A stretch of DNA of 64,000 bases from a virus, in IMG/VR virus record IMGVR_UViG_3300023504_000391, positions 51,299 through 115,298 of that record, one strand, 5' to 3'. The translations under genes were made by a program, and so were the position numbers. Shown in pieces: positions 19,968 to 29,282 of this stretch. The notes under the pieces are model-generated. The model searched no databases. It was not told where the DNA came from and saw nothing but the letters and a program-made list of their open reading frames with translations. The first letter of the stretch is position 1; each line of letters begins with the position of its first letter.

Positions 19968-20246
19968 ATGTGTAGACATAGAAATAGAAAAAATAACTAT
20001 ATGCAGTTAAGTAGATTTATTTGCTTGAGTTGCTTACATACAGATACGGTAGCAATAAATGGAATTCAAAGAGGTTCTTCCCAAAGAGAATATGGTCATA
20101 TTAAAGATTCTGTTTGTATAAAGTGCGGTGATGTAAAGACAATGGAAGTTCGAGAAAATGATTATTTTCCTGATATTATGGAAATGGCAGTAGAGAAACA
20201 TAATGAATTGTATGATGATAATGTGAGAATAGAAAATTTATATTGA
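19968..20246 (+). CDS. hypothetical zinc-ribbon protein
   Basis: ACGAGGTGG RBS; CLSCLH...CIKCGD motifs. Confidence 0.55.
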   Translation: MCRHRNRKNNYMQLSRFICLSCLHTDTVAINGIQRGSSQREYGHIKDSVCIKCGDVKTMEVRENDYFPDIMEMAVEKHNELYDDNVRIENLY

Positions 20247-20308
20247 AAAAATAATGAATTTACAATAAAATATAATCAGAGAATATATTTAAGAAAGGAT
20301 GTAATATT

Positions 20309-20929
20309 ATGTTAGGATTATTAGGTTTTTTAGGTTTTTTAGGAGCTTTAGGTATTAGTGGTACAAAGTGTGCGATTGAGAATGAACAGTCAAAAAATGA
20401 AACTATGAGAATAGACGAGAATGGTAATAGAGTTTGCTATGATAGAGTTGGAAATGAACTTTATGATGGTGAAAAAACTTATCAGCATACAAGATATGAT
20501 AGATATGGAAATAGACATACATATACTATAGGAGTAAATAGTAAAAAGATTTATGCAGATTCATTTGACAGAAGAGTTGCAGAAATGCGTAAACTTGAAG
20601 GAGGAAATAGAGAGATGGCATTAAAACGTGGGAAACTTGCTTATAACAAATATGACCCAAGATTTGACAACCTTGTAACAACAGAAATAAGTACGGGAAA
20701 AGTTATAGCTTGTTTGTTTAAAACTATATTAAACGATGGGACAACAGAGTATAGAAAATTTTATTTTAATAATCCAAATCCAAGTAGTTTGGATTATAAT
20801 AAAACTGCAATAGGTGACGAAGGAGTTATTATAACTGAAGAAGAATATAAAAAATTGGATATTGTGGGTGGAACTTATTCTTGTCTCCCTAGTGATTTTG
20901 ATGTTTTAGATAAATTATGGGAAAGATAA
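20309..20929 (+). CDS. hypothetical secreted or lipoprotein-like protein with an N-terminal LGLLGFLGFLGALG hydrophobic repeat
   Basis: AGAAAGGATG RBS; N-terminal hydrophobic segment ending ..ISGTKC. Confidence 0.6.
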   Translation: MLGLLGFLGFLGALGISGTKCAIENEQSKNETMRIDENGNRVCYDRVGNELYDGEKTYQHTRYDRYGNRHTYTIGVNSKKIYADSFDRRVAEMRKLEGGNREMALKRGKLAYNKYDPRFDNLVTTEISTGKVIACLFKTILNDGTTEYRKFYFNNPNPSSLDYNKTAIGDEGVIITEEEYKKLDIVGGTYSCLPSDFDVLDKLWER

Positions 20930-20964
20930 TTATGTTAATTTAATAACAAAAGAGAGAATTGTAA

Positions 20965-20996
20965 AAGAAGTAGATTAATTTCTACTTCTTTTTTTG
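20965..20996 (+). terminator. rho-independent terminator
   Basis: AAGAAGTAGA-TTAATT-TCTACTTCTT followed by TTTTTT. Confidence 0.6.
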
Positions 20997-21027
20997 TTGC
21001 AAAAATTTCGAAAGAAGGGCGATAAAT

Positions 21028-21987
21028 ATGACAAAAAGAAAAGAGAAAACAGAAGTATATCCATTTTGGAAAATGGAAGACATTAGAAATGTAGTTGAAT
21101 GGTTTGAAAATAACCATGAATGGGATGGTTATCTCATTACAATGTTAGAACTCCTGCTTGGTAGAAGAATTGGAGATACAGTAATGATGAAATGGTCTGA
21201 TATATACTACGAAAACGGAAGCAGAAAAAGAGAAATAAATACAATTGAAGAACAAAAAACAGGAAAAGTTACTAATCTCCCTATAAGTAATACTGTATTT
21301 GAAGCCTTAGATAAGTATTTAGCAAATGTAGATGTTGATATAAAGAAACATTACAGCGAATATATTTTCGAGTATATTCCTAAAACGAACTGGATAAAGA
21401 GAAAAGGCTTGGATATATACAGTAAAAACGATATAGAACTTTGGTGTAAAGCGTTAAATAAGACTATATCAGAAGATAGAAAAGAGAAAATAATCAAAGA
21501 CTTTAATAAACAGCAAAGATACTTATCTCTTGGAGATTATCTTTATTATGTAGTCGAATATAACGATGTTGTAAAACAGCAGACAGAGGTTTACAGAAAG
21601 AAGTTAAACAAAGCAGTTAAAGCAGCGAATATACAATACGCTGTAAGCACTCACTCTCTTCGTAAGAGTTTTGGTTACTGGATTCATAAGACACATCCAT
21701 TTGACCCCGATTGTTTGTTATCATTGCAGAAACTGTTTAATCATACAGATTTGCAAATCACTATGAATTACATCGGTTTAACAGAAGAGAAAAATAGACA
21801 GTTGATTGATGACCATGGTGAGTTTATCCACAATGTATTGGCTGGTAAAGGTGATGAAATAGTCAAGAATATGCCTGTTATCTCCTTAAAATCTGATGAT
21901 TTAGGAAAAATTATTAGGTATCTTACTGATGATGTAGATAAGTATCAAACAGCTATAAATATGGCGAATAAACTCAGGATAGTATAA
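21028..21987 (+). CDS. tyrosine site-specific recombinase / integrase
   Basis: C-terminal catalytic motifs (..THSLRKSFGYW.., ..LFNHTDLQITMNYI..) consistent with the R-H-R-Y tyrosine recombinase fold; RBS GAAGGGCG. Confidence 0.85.
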   Translation: MTKRKEKTEVYPFWKMEDIRNVVEWFENNHEWDGYLITMLELLLGRRIGDTVMMKWSDIYYENGSRKREINTIEEQKTGKVTNLPISNTVFEALDKYLANVDVDIKKHYSEYIFEYIPKTNWIKRKGLDIYSKNDIELWCKALNKTISEDRKEKIIKDFNKQQRYLSLGDYLYYVVEYNDVVKQQTEVYRKKLNKAVKAANIQYAVSTHSLRKSFGYWIHKTHPFDPDCLLSLQKLFNHTDLQITMNYIGLTEEKNRQLIDDHGEFIHNVLAGKGDEIVKNMPVISLKSDDLGKIIRYLTDDVDKYQTAINMANKLRIV

Positions 21988-22018
21988 AAATTATAAAATA
22001 TGAAAGGAAATGTTTGTT

Positions 22019-23122
22019 ATGGGCATACTAAAGAAAGAACTAAAAAATAATTTCACAATTGTTAACAACTCAATATTAAGAGATATGAATTTAGATATTA
22101 AATCAAGAGGTTTGCTTATAACAATGTTAAGTTTGCCATCTGAGTGGGATTTTTCTATTAATGGATTAAATCAAATTTTACCAGATGGTAGAACAACCAT
22201 TACAAGTGGATTAAAAAAATTAGAAGAATTGGGTTATTTAATTAGAACTACAATTAGAGATGATAAAGGCAAAATTTTAGATGTGGATTATACACTTTAT
22301 GACGAACCTCAAAAGGCTACTAATTGTAATGATAATAAGACTAATTCCGAAAATACTAATGAAGATAATGTTAATAATAGTGTTAAAAATAATAATACTA
22401 ATGTTAAACAAATCGAAGAAAAAGATGGTGATTTTAATACAAATGATATACATTATGATGATACTAAAAATTTAAATGTGGCTGACAATATTTCGATTGA
22501 AGATTACATAAGCGAAAAAGAAAGTTGTCCTTTGAAAGGTGCAGATTTACTGGTATCTCATCCATATCCTGATTTCCCAGATATGGATAACCAAGATAGG
22601 GGATTTCCTGATATGGAAAACCGCATACAATTAAATACTAAAGAATTAAATACTAAACAATTAAGTATTAAACAATCAATCTATCAACCTAACTATAATA
22701 ATATTAATAACATAAGAGGTGGATTGATAGATAGAGAAAGACAACCAAAGTATGCGGCACAAGATTATATTCGTTTATGTCAAATCATAAAACAAAATAT
22801 AGGTTATAGCGATTTAATAATCTCTTACCCTAACGACAAAGAAATCATTGATGAGATAGTTGAACTCATGACAGAAGTTGTAACTGTTGATAGCACAACT
22901 TATATGATTTCTGGAGTGAAATATCCAAGTACAATTGTGCAACAAAGATTCTGGAAGTTGAAATACGACCATATAGAGTATGTGATAGTGGCGTTAAAAG
23001 AAAATCCAACTAGGATTCAAAATATTAAAGCTTATTTAATTGCAATGTTGTTTAACTCTTATACTTCTAGTCATAACTACTGGCAAGCTAAAGTAAGTGC
23101 AGATATATATGGGCGAAAGTAA
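22019..23122 (+). CDS. RepA_N-like replication initiator / replisome organiser (winged-helix N-terminal domain; Asn-rich low-complexity linker)
   Basis: N-terminus FTIVNNSILRD..LDIKSRGLLITMLSLPSEWDFSINGL...LKKLEELGYLIR resembles the Firmicute RepA_N domain. Confidence 0.6.
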   Translation: MGILKKELKNNFTIVNNSILRDMNLDIKSRGLLITMLSLPSEWDFSINGLNQILPDGRTTITSGLKKLEELGYLIRTTIRDDKGKILDVDYTLYDEPQKATNCNDNKTNSENTNEDNVNNSVKNNNTNVKQIEEKDGDFNTNDIHYDDTKNLNVADNISIEDYISEKESCPLKGADLLVSHPYPDFPDMDNQDRGFPDMENRIQLNTKELNTKQLSIKQSIYQPNYNNINNIRGGLIDRERQPKYAAQDYIRLCQIIKQNIGYSDLIISYPNDKEIIDEIVELMTEVVTVDSTTYMISGVKYPSTIVQQRFWKLKYDHIEYVIVALKENPTRIQNIKAYLIAMLFNSYTSSHNYWQAKVSADIYGRK

Positions 23123-23146
23123 TAAAGACAAAGAAAGGAGGATTAT

Positions 23147-23410
23147 ATGATTAAAGTTACAGTTGAATATTTGATTGATGAAAAAGAAATTGAAAAAGAA
23201 ATTGAAATTATAAGACGAGCATATACAGAAGCTCTCAGAGAAGAAAAGCCAACTGATGTGGAAATTATTCAGGACACATTGCTTACTGGAGCAAAATATG
23301 ACATAAAAGCGAAAATCACTAGACAAGCGAATTTGGCAATAAACACTTTGTTGAACTATAGTGTTATTGACAAAGAGAAAGCGAATGAGTTAAGAGAATC
23401 AATAAAATAA
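23147..23410 (+). CDS. hypothetical protein
   Basis: GAAAGGAGG RBS; a hairpin terminator (23413-23447) follows. Confidence 0.6.
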   Translation: MIKVTVEYLIDEKEIEKEIEIIRRAYTEALREEKPTDVEIIQDTLLTGAKYDIKAKITRQANLAINTLLNYSVIDKEKANELRESIK

Positions 23411-23412
23411 AA

Positions 23413-23447
23413 ATAGCCTTTGTAAAATACATAAGGCTATTATATAC
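23413..23447 (+). terminator. hairpin terminator
   Basis: ATAGCCTT-tgtaaaatacat-AAGGCTAT followed by TATATAC. Confidence 0.5.
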
Positions 23448-23888
23448 AGAATATTGGTTATTATTTACTTAAACTAAATAGCCACATGAGAAACTCTTTC
23501 TCGTCTTTGGCATCTAGCTGTAAATATAACCTAATAATATCTTTTTGCATCTGTGTCATCTTATCGCTCCTAATTTAATATTTTTGTTTGTATTATAACA
23601 TAAATCCTATAACATGTATAGGACAAAAAATGGAAAATGTTGCTTCTTGTTGAACTATGTCATTTTATGTTAATATTTTTCCGTACCTCTTTTCTGGTGC
23701 TAAACAGTCCATTGTCTTAGGGAATATGATGGAAAGGGAGGCAAGCGGTATGCAGGTACATTATGTTAAAAGCTTGATTGGAAAGCATATTAAGGGAGTT
23801 TACAAGTGCAAAGAACAATTGTTATTGATAAACTTACAAGCTGATAGATCAAGCAATATTTATTACTTATACTTCGGTTAAGTAAGAG

Positions 23889-23932
23889 AAAAGGCAAGAG
23901 AGAGCTTAAAGTTCTTTTCTTGCCTTTTTTGT
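23889..23932. terminator. bidirectional hairpin terminator between the convergent + ORF and the minus-strand repressor gene
   Basis: AAAAGGCAAGA ... TCTTGCCTTTTTT. Confidence 0.5.
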
Positions 23933-24717
23933 TAAATAGATTTTTTTAAGTTTTGCGGCTTGTCTTGGTTTACAATATCTAAAACTTCAGCCTCTAAATC
24001 AGAGTGATGTTCTGCGATGCCAACCACTTTGCCTTGAATTATAGCTTTTTGGCTTATTTTAGAGTATTTTGGATTTAATGGGATTAATTCATTACCCATA
24101 AATCTTTTTAGCGTTATATCGCCATCTACGATAAAAATACCGTCATCTCCGTTATTCAATGTGTCGGTAGATTTAACAAACACTAAATCACCATCGTTGT
24201 AAGCAGGTGTCATGGAATCGCCTTGAACTCTAACTGCGAAATCAGCATCAGACGGGGCATTAGGGAAATCCTTAAATGTTTTTGTTGCGTCCGTAATGAA
24301 GTTACCATTACCAGCACATACTGGTTGGTCATATACAGCTAATCTGATTACTGGCTGTTGAGTAGTTGACGGTTGATTGTTATTTAATTCCAATAAACCA
24401 TCAATAAGATTATCAACAATATTTTTGCTTGCTTCTGACAGCAACATATAATTATCAACAATTTGTTGATTAAATTTTTTATCAAAAAAATCAATATTGC
24501 TTTCATCATTAGTCAACCATTGTTTATCCACATTAAATAAATAACATATGCTATTGATTATAGATATATTGGTAGTCTTATTGATAATTTTATCGCTGTT
24601 TTTTTCAGCAAGTAAACTGTCGTAATGAGATCGAGACATTCCTACTTTGTCACAGAACTTCATTTTTGTTAAATTGTTCGCTTTTCTAATAAGCTCAAAT
24701 TTTTCGCTAATCAGCAT
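23932..24717 (-). CDS. CI/LexA-like repressor: XRE-family HTH plus S24 autopeptidase domain
   Basis: N-terminal HTH (LTKMKFCDKVGMSRSHYDSL); C-terminal ..RVQGDSMTP..GDLVFV...LKRF.. (Ser/Lys dyad); minus-strand RBS AAGGAGG. Confidence 0.85.
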   Translation of the reverse strand: MLISEKFELIRKANNLTKMKFCDKVGMSRSHYDSLLAEKNSDKIINKTTNISIINSICYLFNVDKQWLTNDESNIDFFDKKFNQQIVDNYMLLSEASKNIVDNLIDGLLELNNNQPSTTQQPVIRLAVYDQPVCAGNGNFITDATKTFKDFPNAPSDADFAVRVQGDSMTPAYNDGDLVFVKSTDTLNNGDDGIFIVDGDITLKRFMGNELIPLNPKYSKISQKAIIQGKVVGIAEHHSDLEAEVLDIVNQDKPQNLKKSI

Positions 24718-24772
24718 AAATTCGCCTCCTTATGTTTTTTGATTATATCATCGTTTATTATTGATGTCAAAC

Positions 24773-24887
24773 CAATGTAGTTAAAAATACAAAATATAGT
24801 CATTTTTTGCTAAAAATGTACTTGACACTACAACAATTATGTGTTATTATGTAGCTACAAATACAAATGAATGTAGTTAAAAATACA
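24773..24887 (+). promoter_or_regulatory. lysogeny-switch control region: near-consensus rightward promoter (TTGACA 24821-24826, 17 nt, TATTAT 24844-24849) flanked by two direct 18-bp repeats AATGTAGTTAAAAATACA (24773-24790 and 24870-24887), which are putative operators
   Basis: Exact repeat and the -35/-10 hexamers read directly in the divergent intergenic region between the repressor (-) and the first + gene. Confidence 0.5.
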
Positions 24888-24917
24888 TTTAATAAAAATA
24901 TAGAAGAAGGTGACGCT

Positions 24918-25028
24918 ATGACGGAAGAAGAAATTACTCATAAGTTATACCTATTGTCTTATTCTCAAAGAGAAGTTGTTGGTAATATTATTAATATATT
25001 GTTAGAGAGTAAGAAAGACACAAAATAG
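24918..25028 (+). CDS. hypothetical 36-aa protein. It is the first gene of the rightward operon and a candidate antitoxin partner of the downstream MazF-like toxin
   Basis: GAAGGTGACGCT RBS before ATG 24918; ends 36 nt before the toxin gene. Confidence 0.4.
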   Translation: MTEEEITHKLYLLSYSQREVVGNIINILLESKKDTK

Positions 25029-25064
25029 TACATAAAAAACTAAAGAAAGGAGGACGAATAATAA

Positions 25065-25463
25065 ATGGTTGAGAGTAAAAAAGAACATAAATGTAAACGA
25101 GAAATAAAAATTAAGGCATATGATATTGTTACTGTTGATTTTGGCGATGTCCCAATTGGAAGTGAACAAGGAGGCATTCGACCTGCTGTGGTTATTCAGA
25201 ATAATATTGGAAATTATTATAGTCCAACAACAATCGTATTGCCATTGACTTCTCAAAAGAAAAGTTTAAAACAACCAACACATGTCCTCCTTAAAAGCGA
25301 ATTTATATCTGCTTTAACAGAAGATAGTATTGTTTTAGGCGAAGCTGTTCGTCAAGTAGATAAGAGTAGAATTTTAGATTATAGAGGAAAAATAACAGAT
25401 AAAAAATATAAGCAACAAATTTATAATGCTTATATATGCAACATAGAAGGAGTGAGTGAATAA
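25065..25463 (+). CDS. MazF/PemK-family endoribonuclease toxin
   Basis: VTVDFGDVPIGSEQGGIRPAVVIQNN......TIVLPLTSQKK...PTHVLL matches the PemK/MazF core (G.E..G.RP.vV...........P.TS); AAAGGAGG RBS. Confidence 0.8.
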   Translation: MVESKKEHKCKREIKIKAYDIVTVDFGDVPIGSEQGGIRPAVVIQNNIGNYYSPTTIVLPLTSQKKSLKQPTHVLLKSEFISALTEDSIVLGEAVRQVDKSRILDYRGKITDKKYKQQIYNAYICNIEGVSE

Positions 25464-25781
25464 ATGTGCTTTAAAGCTGCAATAATCGAAATAACAGAAG
25501 AAGAAGCTACAAAGTTAATAAAAGAATCTAAGGGTAATAAAATTCCTGTTTCTATTTGCAACTTAGAAGAAAACTGTGTAGAAAGTTTCTTACCCATACT
25601 CAAAGAGACTTGTATAGATATGATTAAACAGGCAAAGACAGTGGCAAGACGATGTGACGAATTGGTTCAAACAATCGATGCTTACTCTACTAAACAAAAT
25701 ATTAAAAAGATACAAAGAGAAGGGAAGGTTAGCACTTTTCTACTTGTACCACGGAACAATGAAGAAGAGAAAATAGAATAA
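25464..25781 (+). CDS. hypothetical protein
   Basis: ATG immediately after the toxin stop; GAAGGAGTG RBS. Confidence 0.55.
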   Translation: MCFKAAIIEITEEEATKLIKESKGNKIPVSICNLEENCVESFLPILKETCIDMIKQAKTVARRCDELVQTIDAYSTKQNIKKIQREGKVSTFLLVPRNNEEEKIE

Positions 25782-25888
25782 TTCACTGTATAAGGAATGC
25801 CTGTATGGGGTATTCCTTATATAATACACAAATTTTGGAGAATATATAAAAGAAATGTCATTTTGTTAGGTAAAAAGGAGAATATATT

Positions 25889-26074
25889 ATGAACAATAAA
25901 GGAAAGAGTATTAAAATTAATCCTTTAAAAGAAATTTCACCATGTTATAAATGTCTTATCAGATATGTTGGTTGTCATGATGGATGTGCTGGTTATTTGG
26001 ACTGGAAACAGAGATGTATTTCTGCTGCACATTTTCAGAATGTAAATGACAAACAAGATTGGGCAAGGATGTGA
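25889..26074 (+). CDS. hypothetical small Cys-rich protein
   Basis: AAAAGGAGAA RBS; CYKC...GCHDGC motifs. Confidence 0.55.
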   Translation: MNNKGKSIKINPLKEISPCYKCLIRYVGCHDGCAGYLDWKQRCISAAHFQNVNDKQDWARM

Positions 26075-26185
26075 TTAAATGGAGAAACAACAATTAACAA
26101 TTCGCCTACCTGTTGAATTAAAGAATCAGATACAACAGGTAGGCAGATAAAAGTGGAATTAGTTTTAACGCAATGTTAATATGGG

Positions 26186-26371
26186 TTACTCAGAAAGGTC
26201 TTGGAAAAATTTAATTTCACCATGCTCTTTTTCATATTGCTCAATGCAATTCTCAATTAAATATTCTATTTGCATTGCAATTGAGCACTTGTTACATTCG
26301 GCGATGATTTTTATTTTTTCAAAGTTCTCTGCTTGCATTCTCATTGTAAAAGCTCGTTTATTTGTTGCCAT
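26186..26371 (-). CDS. ribbon-helix-helix (Arc/CopG-like) DNA-binding protein
   Basis: MATNKRAFTMRMQAENFEKIKIIAE.. is typical of an RHH N-terminal strand-helix; minus-strand RBS AAGAGGTG. Confidence 0.65.
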   Translation of the reverse strand: MATNKRAFTMRMQAENFEKIKIIAECNKCSIAMQIEYLIENCIEQYEKEHGEIKFFQDLSE

Positions 26372-26420
26372 AATGTCACCTCTTTTGATAGTGAATGTCA
26401 CTTATGTGACATGATACAAA

Positions 26421-26618
26421 TTATTCAATAAATTCAATTACATCTTCAATATTACAATGTAAATAAGAACAGATGTTATCAAGGGTAGCCATTGAAATAT
26501 ATTCGTTTTTGCTTATTTTAGCAAGGGTATTCATACTCATTCCAGTGGCTTCACGAAGTTGAGTTTTGGTCATATCCCTTTCTATGAGTAATTTTAACAA
26601 TGGTTTGTATGAAAACAT
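26421..26618 (-). CDS. XRE-family HTH transcriptional regulator (Cro/CI-like, 66 aa)
   Basis: MTKTQLREATGMSMNTLAKISKNE HTH; minus-strand RBS GGAGGTGACATT before ATG; the track ORF's 5' extension is rejected. Confidence 0.7.
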   Translation of the reverse strand: MFSYKPLLKLLIERDMTKTQLREATGMSMNTLAKISKNEYISMATLDNICSYLHCNIEDVIEFIE

Positions 26619-26907
26619 AATGTCACCTCCATATTTATATTGTAACATATAAAATCTATTAGTCAACACAAAATATATAGAAATATATATAAAACATATT
26701 GACATATAATATAGAAAATGATATATTATATAGAGTATTGAGGATATATTGTTCATAAAAGAGGATATTTTATTAAAATATGGTTAAGTTGTAGATGAAA
26801 AATACACGAAATGCTTTAGTCTCTCAAATTCTTTGGGAATGGATAAAGAACAATAATGTTGAGTGAACAAAAAGCGAATAGTGATAAGTAAAGGAGGTTT
26901 TGATTTA

Positions 26908-27522
26908 ATGGAAAGTAAAAAATATTCTAACTTAACTGGTGAGCAAATGAAAATTGTGCACCAGTATTGTGACAATAATATGCAGAAGCTAAAACAAACT
27001 TGTTATCCAATCATCATTAAGATTGGTGGAATAAGCCAAAAGGATTATGATGACTTGTATAGCTTGGCACAAGTTGTATTCTTAGATAGTCTTTTAAATT
27101 ATAACGAAAAGATATGTCAGTTTCATCCATTCCTAGTTTCTTCATTAAAGAAGAGATTATATTCTACATACATAAGAGATAGAAACAGAAAAAAGAGAAG
27201 TGTAGTTATGAAAGATGATGAAGGCAATGATGTTTTTGTTAAGAACATATCTTTGGAGAATCCTACTAAGAAGGTTCAGAATTATCTCAGTGGACTTAAA
27301 TCTGACTTCGATGTCCACAAACAGTGCTTTGGAAAAGCAAGCGAAAAGCTGGATGAATATTTAGAACATTTGTCTGACAAACAAAAGAAGGTGGCAGTAT
27401 TGCTGTTACGAGGTTATACATACAGTGAAATTGAGAGAATATTAAAGATAGATAGAAAAGAACTTTTAGATTCAATTGAAGGATTAAAAGCTTATAGAAA
27501 TATTTCTATTTTATTTACATAA
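26908..27522 (+). CDS. putative sigma-70-family factor or late-gene regulator (region 2-like and region 4 HTH-like segments)
   Basis: C-terminal LSDKQKKVAVLLLRGYTYSEIERILKI resembles a sigma region 4 HTH; AAAGGAGG RBS before ATG 26908. Confidence 0.5.
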   Translation: MESKKYSNLTGEQMKIVHQYCDNNMQKLKQTCYPIIIKIGGISQKDYDDLYSLAQVVFLDSLLNYNEKICQFHPFLVSSLKKRLYSTYIRDRNRKKRSVVMKDDEGNDVFVKNISLENPTKKVQNYLSGLKSDFDVHKQCFGKASEKLDEYLEHLSDKQKKVAVLLLRGYTYSEIERILKIDRKELLDSIEGLKAYRNISILFT

Positions 27523-27576
27523 ACAAAATTTTGTTAAAGTTAAAATATTAAATAAAGATAAAAGGAGAAATGAAAA

Positions 27577-28953
27577 ATGCTTGGTAGAGACAAGACAAAA
27601 ACAGATACGTACATGGTTAAAGTTTTATTAAAAATGTTTAAGAGAGGACAGCTAAATAAAAATCATCCTTTACAGAGACATGCTGACCGTTGGCAAAATA
27701 CTGCAAAAAGTGGTCTAGTCTCTACTATTATAAAGGGAGAAGATTTAGATTCACTTAAAATTTGTGAGCAAATCTTAAATAAAACAGATTTTATTTTGTG
27801 GCTAATTGATGGACTGCAGAGATTGACTGCACTTGAAGAGTACAGAAATGGTGCTTTTAGAATAAGTAAGAGCTTAGAAATGCCATTTGTGTATTATCAA
27901 CAGTGTATAAACGGAGAAATGAAAGTAGTTGAATACGATTTAAGAGGTAAATGGTTTAAAGATTTACCCGAAGAATTGCAGGATGCTTTCGACAGTTATC
28001 CAATCAATGTAGTTAAACATTTGGATTGTACAGACGAAGAAATAGCATATCATATGGCAAGATACAATAGACAAACAAGTATGAACGCAGAAGAAAAGAG
28101 TATTCTTCCAATGTCAAATATTGCTACATATATAAAAGATACAATTAATAATAATTTCTTTAAAAACTGTGGAGATTATGGAGAAGCAGCATTGAAAAAC
28201 GGAAAGCTTAATAGAGTTGTCTATGAAGCTATAACAATAATGTTTCATGCTGAAGAATATACAAGAGGGAAATCTTTATTCAAACACTTAAATGAAAATG
28301 CAAGTAAAGAAGAGTTTGATACATTGAACAACGAATTAGACATGTTGGCTAATATTGTTGATGAAGAAACAGGTAAATTATTCAATGTAAAGAATAGTTT
28401 CCTTTTCTTTAGTTTGTTCCATAAATTCTTGGACTATAAAATAGAAGCTGCGAGATTTAATGACTTCCTTTTAGAATTTAAGAATAACTTACATAACAAA
28501 ACATTCTCAGAATATGAGGATAAAACTTTTAATACATACGATAAGGATAAGAATAGCAAAGATAAAAAGGTTGTCTTTGCAAAATTAGATATGCTTGAAA
28601 AGTTAATGAAAGAATACTTTCAAGAGGAAATTCCAGTAACAAGAGAATATACAGACGAAGAAATAGAACAGTTTGTAACAGATGTTACTTCTGTTGAAGT
28701 AGATGAAGATAGAATGGAATTGTTCAGTTCAATGTTAGATGACTACACTGTCGAAGTAGACAACAGCTCAAGACTATTAGAAAAAGAAAATAGGTTGTCT
28801 TTATTATCGATTGTAGCTTATAGCTTCGAAAAGGAAATTGAACTGAAAGATTGGTTCATCGATTACTTCAATAAAAACAATACATATATCAGAGACCAAA
28901 GAGAGAATTACTTAGTGATGAAGAATGATGTAGACAACTTCATTACAATGTAG
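27577..28953 (+). CDS. DUF262 / ParB-like nuclease-domain protein (GmrSD N-terminal-domain family)
   Basis: ..HPLQRHADRW.. and ..ILWLIDGLQRLTAL.. match the DUF262 QR..W and DGQQR hallmarks; no C-terminal HNH/DUF1524 motif recognised. Confidence 0.75.
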   Translation: MLGRDKTKTDTYMVKVLLKMFKRGQLNKNHPLQRHADRWQNTAKSGLVSTIIKGEDLDSLKICEQILNKTDFILWLIDGLQRLTALEEYRNGAFRISKSLEMPFVYYQQCINGEMKVVEYDLRGKWFKDLPEELQDAFDSYPINVVKHLDCTDEEIAYHMARYNRQTSMNAEEKSILPMSNIATYIKDTINNNFFKNCGDYGEAALKNGKLNRVVYEAITIMFHAEEYTRGKSLFKHLNENASKEEFDTLNNELDMLANIVDEETGKLFNVKNSFLFFSLFHKFLDYKIEAARFNDFLLEFKNNLHNKTFSEYEDKTFNTYDKDKNSKDKKVVFAKLDMLEKLMKEYFQEEIPVTREYTDEEIEQFVTDVTSVEVDEDRMELFSSMLDDYTVEVDNSSRLLEKENRLSLLSIVAYSFEKEIELKDWFIDYFNKNNTYIRDQRENYLVMKNDVDNFITM

Positions 28954-28973
28954 ATACAGAAAGGATGAGGGTT

Positions 28974-29282
28974 ATGAGTAAAGTTTTGTATTTTGAACTG
29001 GTAAATGGAGGCATTATTACCAATTATGAATTAAGTTTAATTGCAAATGTAAATCATAAAAAGAGTATTCCATGCGATGATTTACCTGCGATAAGACAAT
29101 ATGCAGCTTCTTGTAAAGGTATAAAAAGAGAAATTCTTGAACCAACAGTAGAAGAATGTATTAGAGTTGGTAATTACATTAAAGCGGTTGAATTGTATAG
29201 AGAAAAACATAAAGCCTCTTTAACAAGTGCTTTAGACGAAGTTATTAGAATCAAAAATCAACTTAACGGGGTGTCAGCGTGA
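28974..29282 (+). CDS. hypothetical protein
   Basis: ORF 28965..29282; GAAAGGATGAGGG RBS. Confidence 0.55.
   Translation: MSKVLYFELVNGGIITNYELSLIANVNHKKSIPCDDLPAIRQYAASCKGIKREILEPTVEECIRVGNYIKAVELYREKHKASLTSALDEVIRIKNQLNGVSA

Noticed and set aside
22281-22475. Track ORF 22281..22475 inside the RepA_N-like gene
   Set aside because: It is an alternative frame through the Asn-rich low-complexity linker of the longer gene, with no RBS.
26421-26756. Full 111-aa minus-strand ORF, including the N-terminal extension MNNISSILYIIYHF...
   Set aside because: The extension is hydrophobic low-complexity sequence with no RBS. An internal ATG at 26618 has a perfect GGAGGTG RBS and begins a clean XRE HTH protein.
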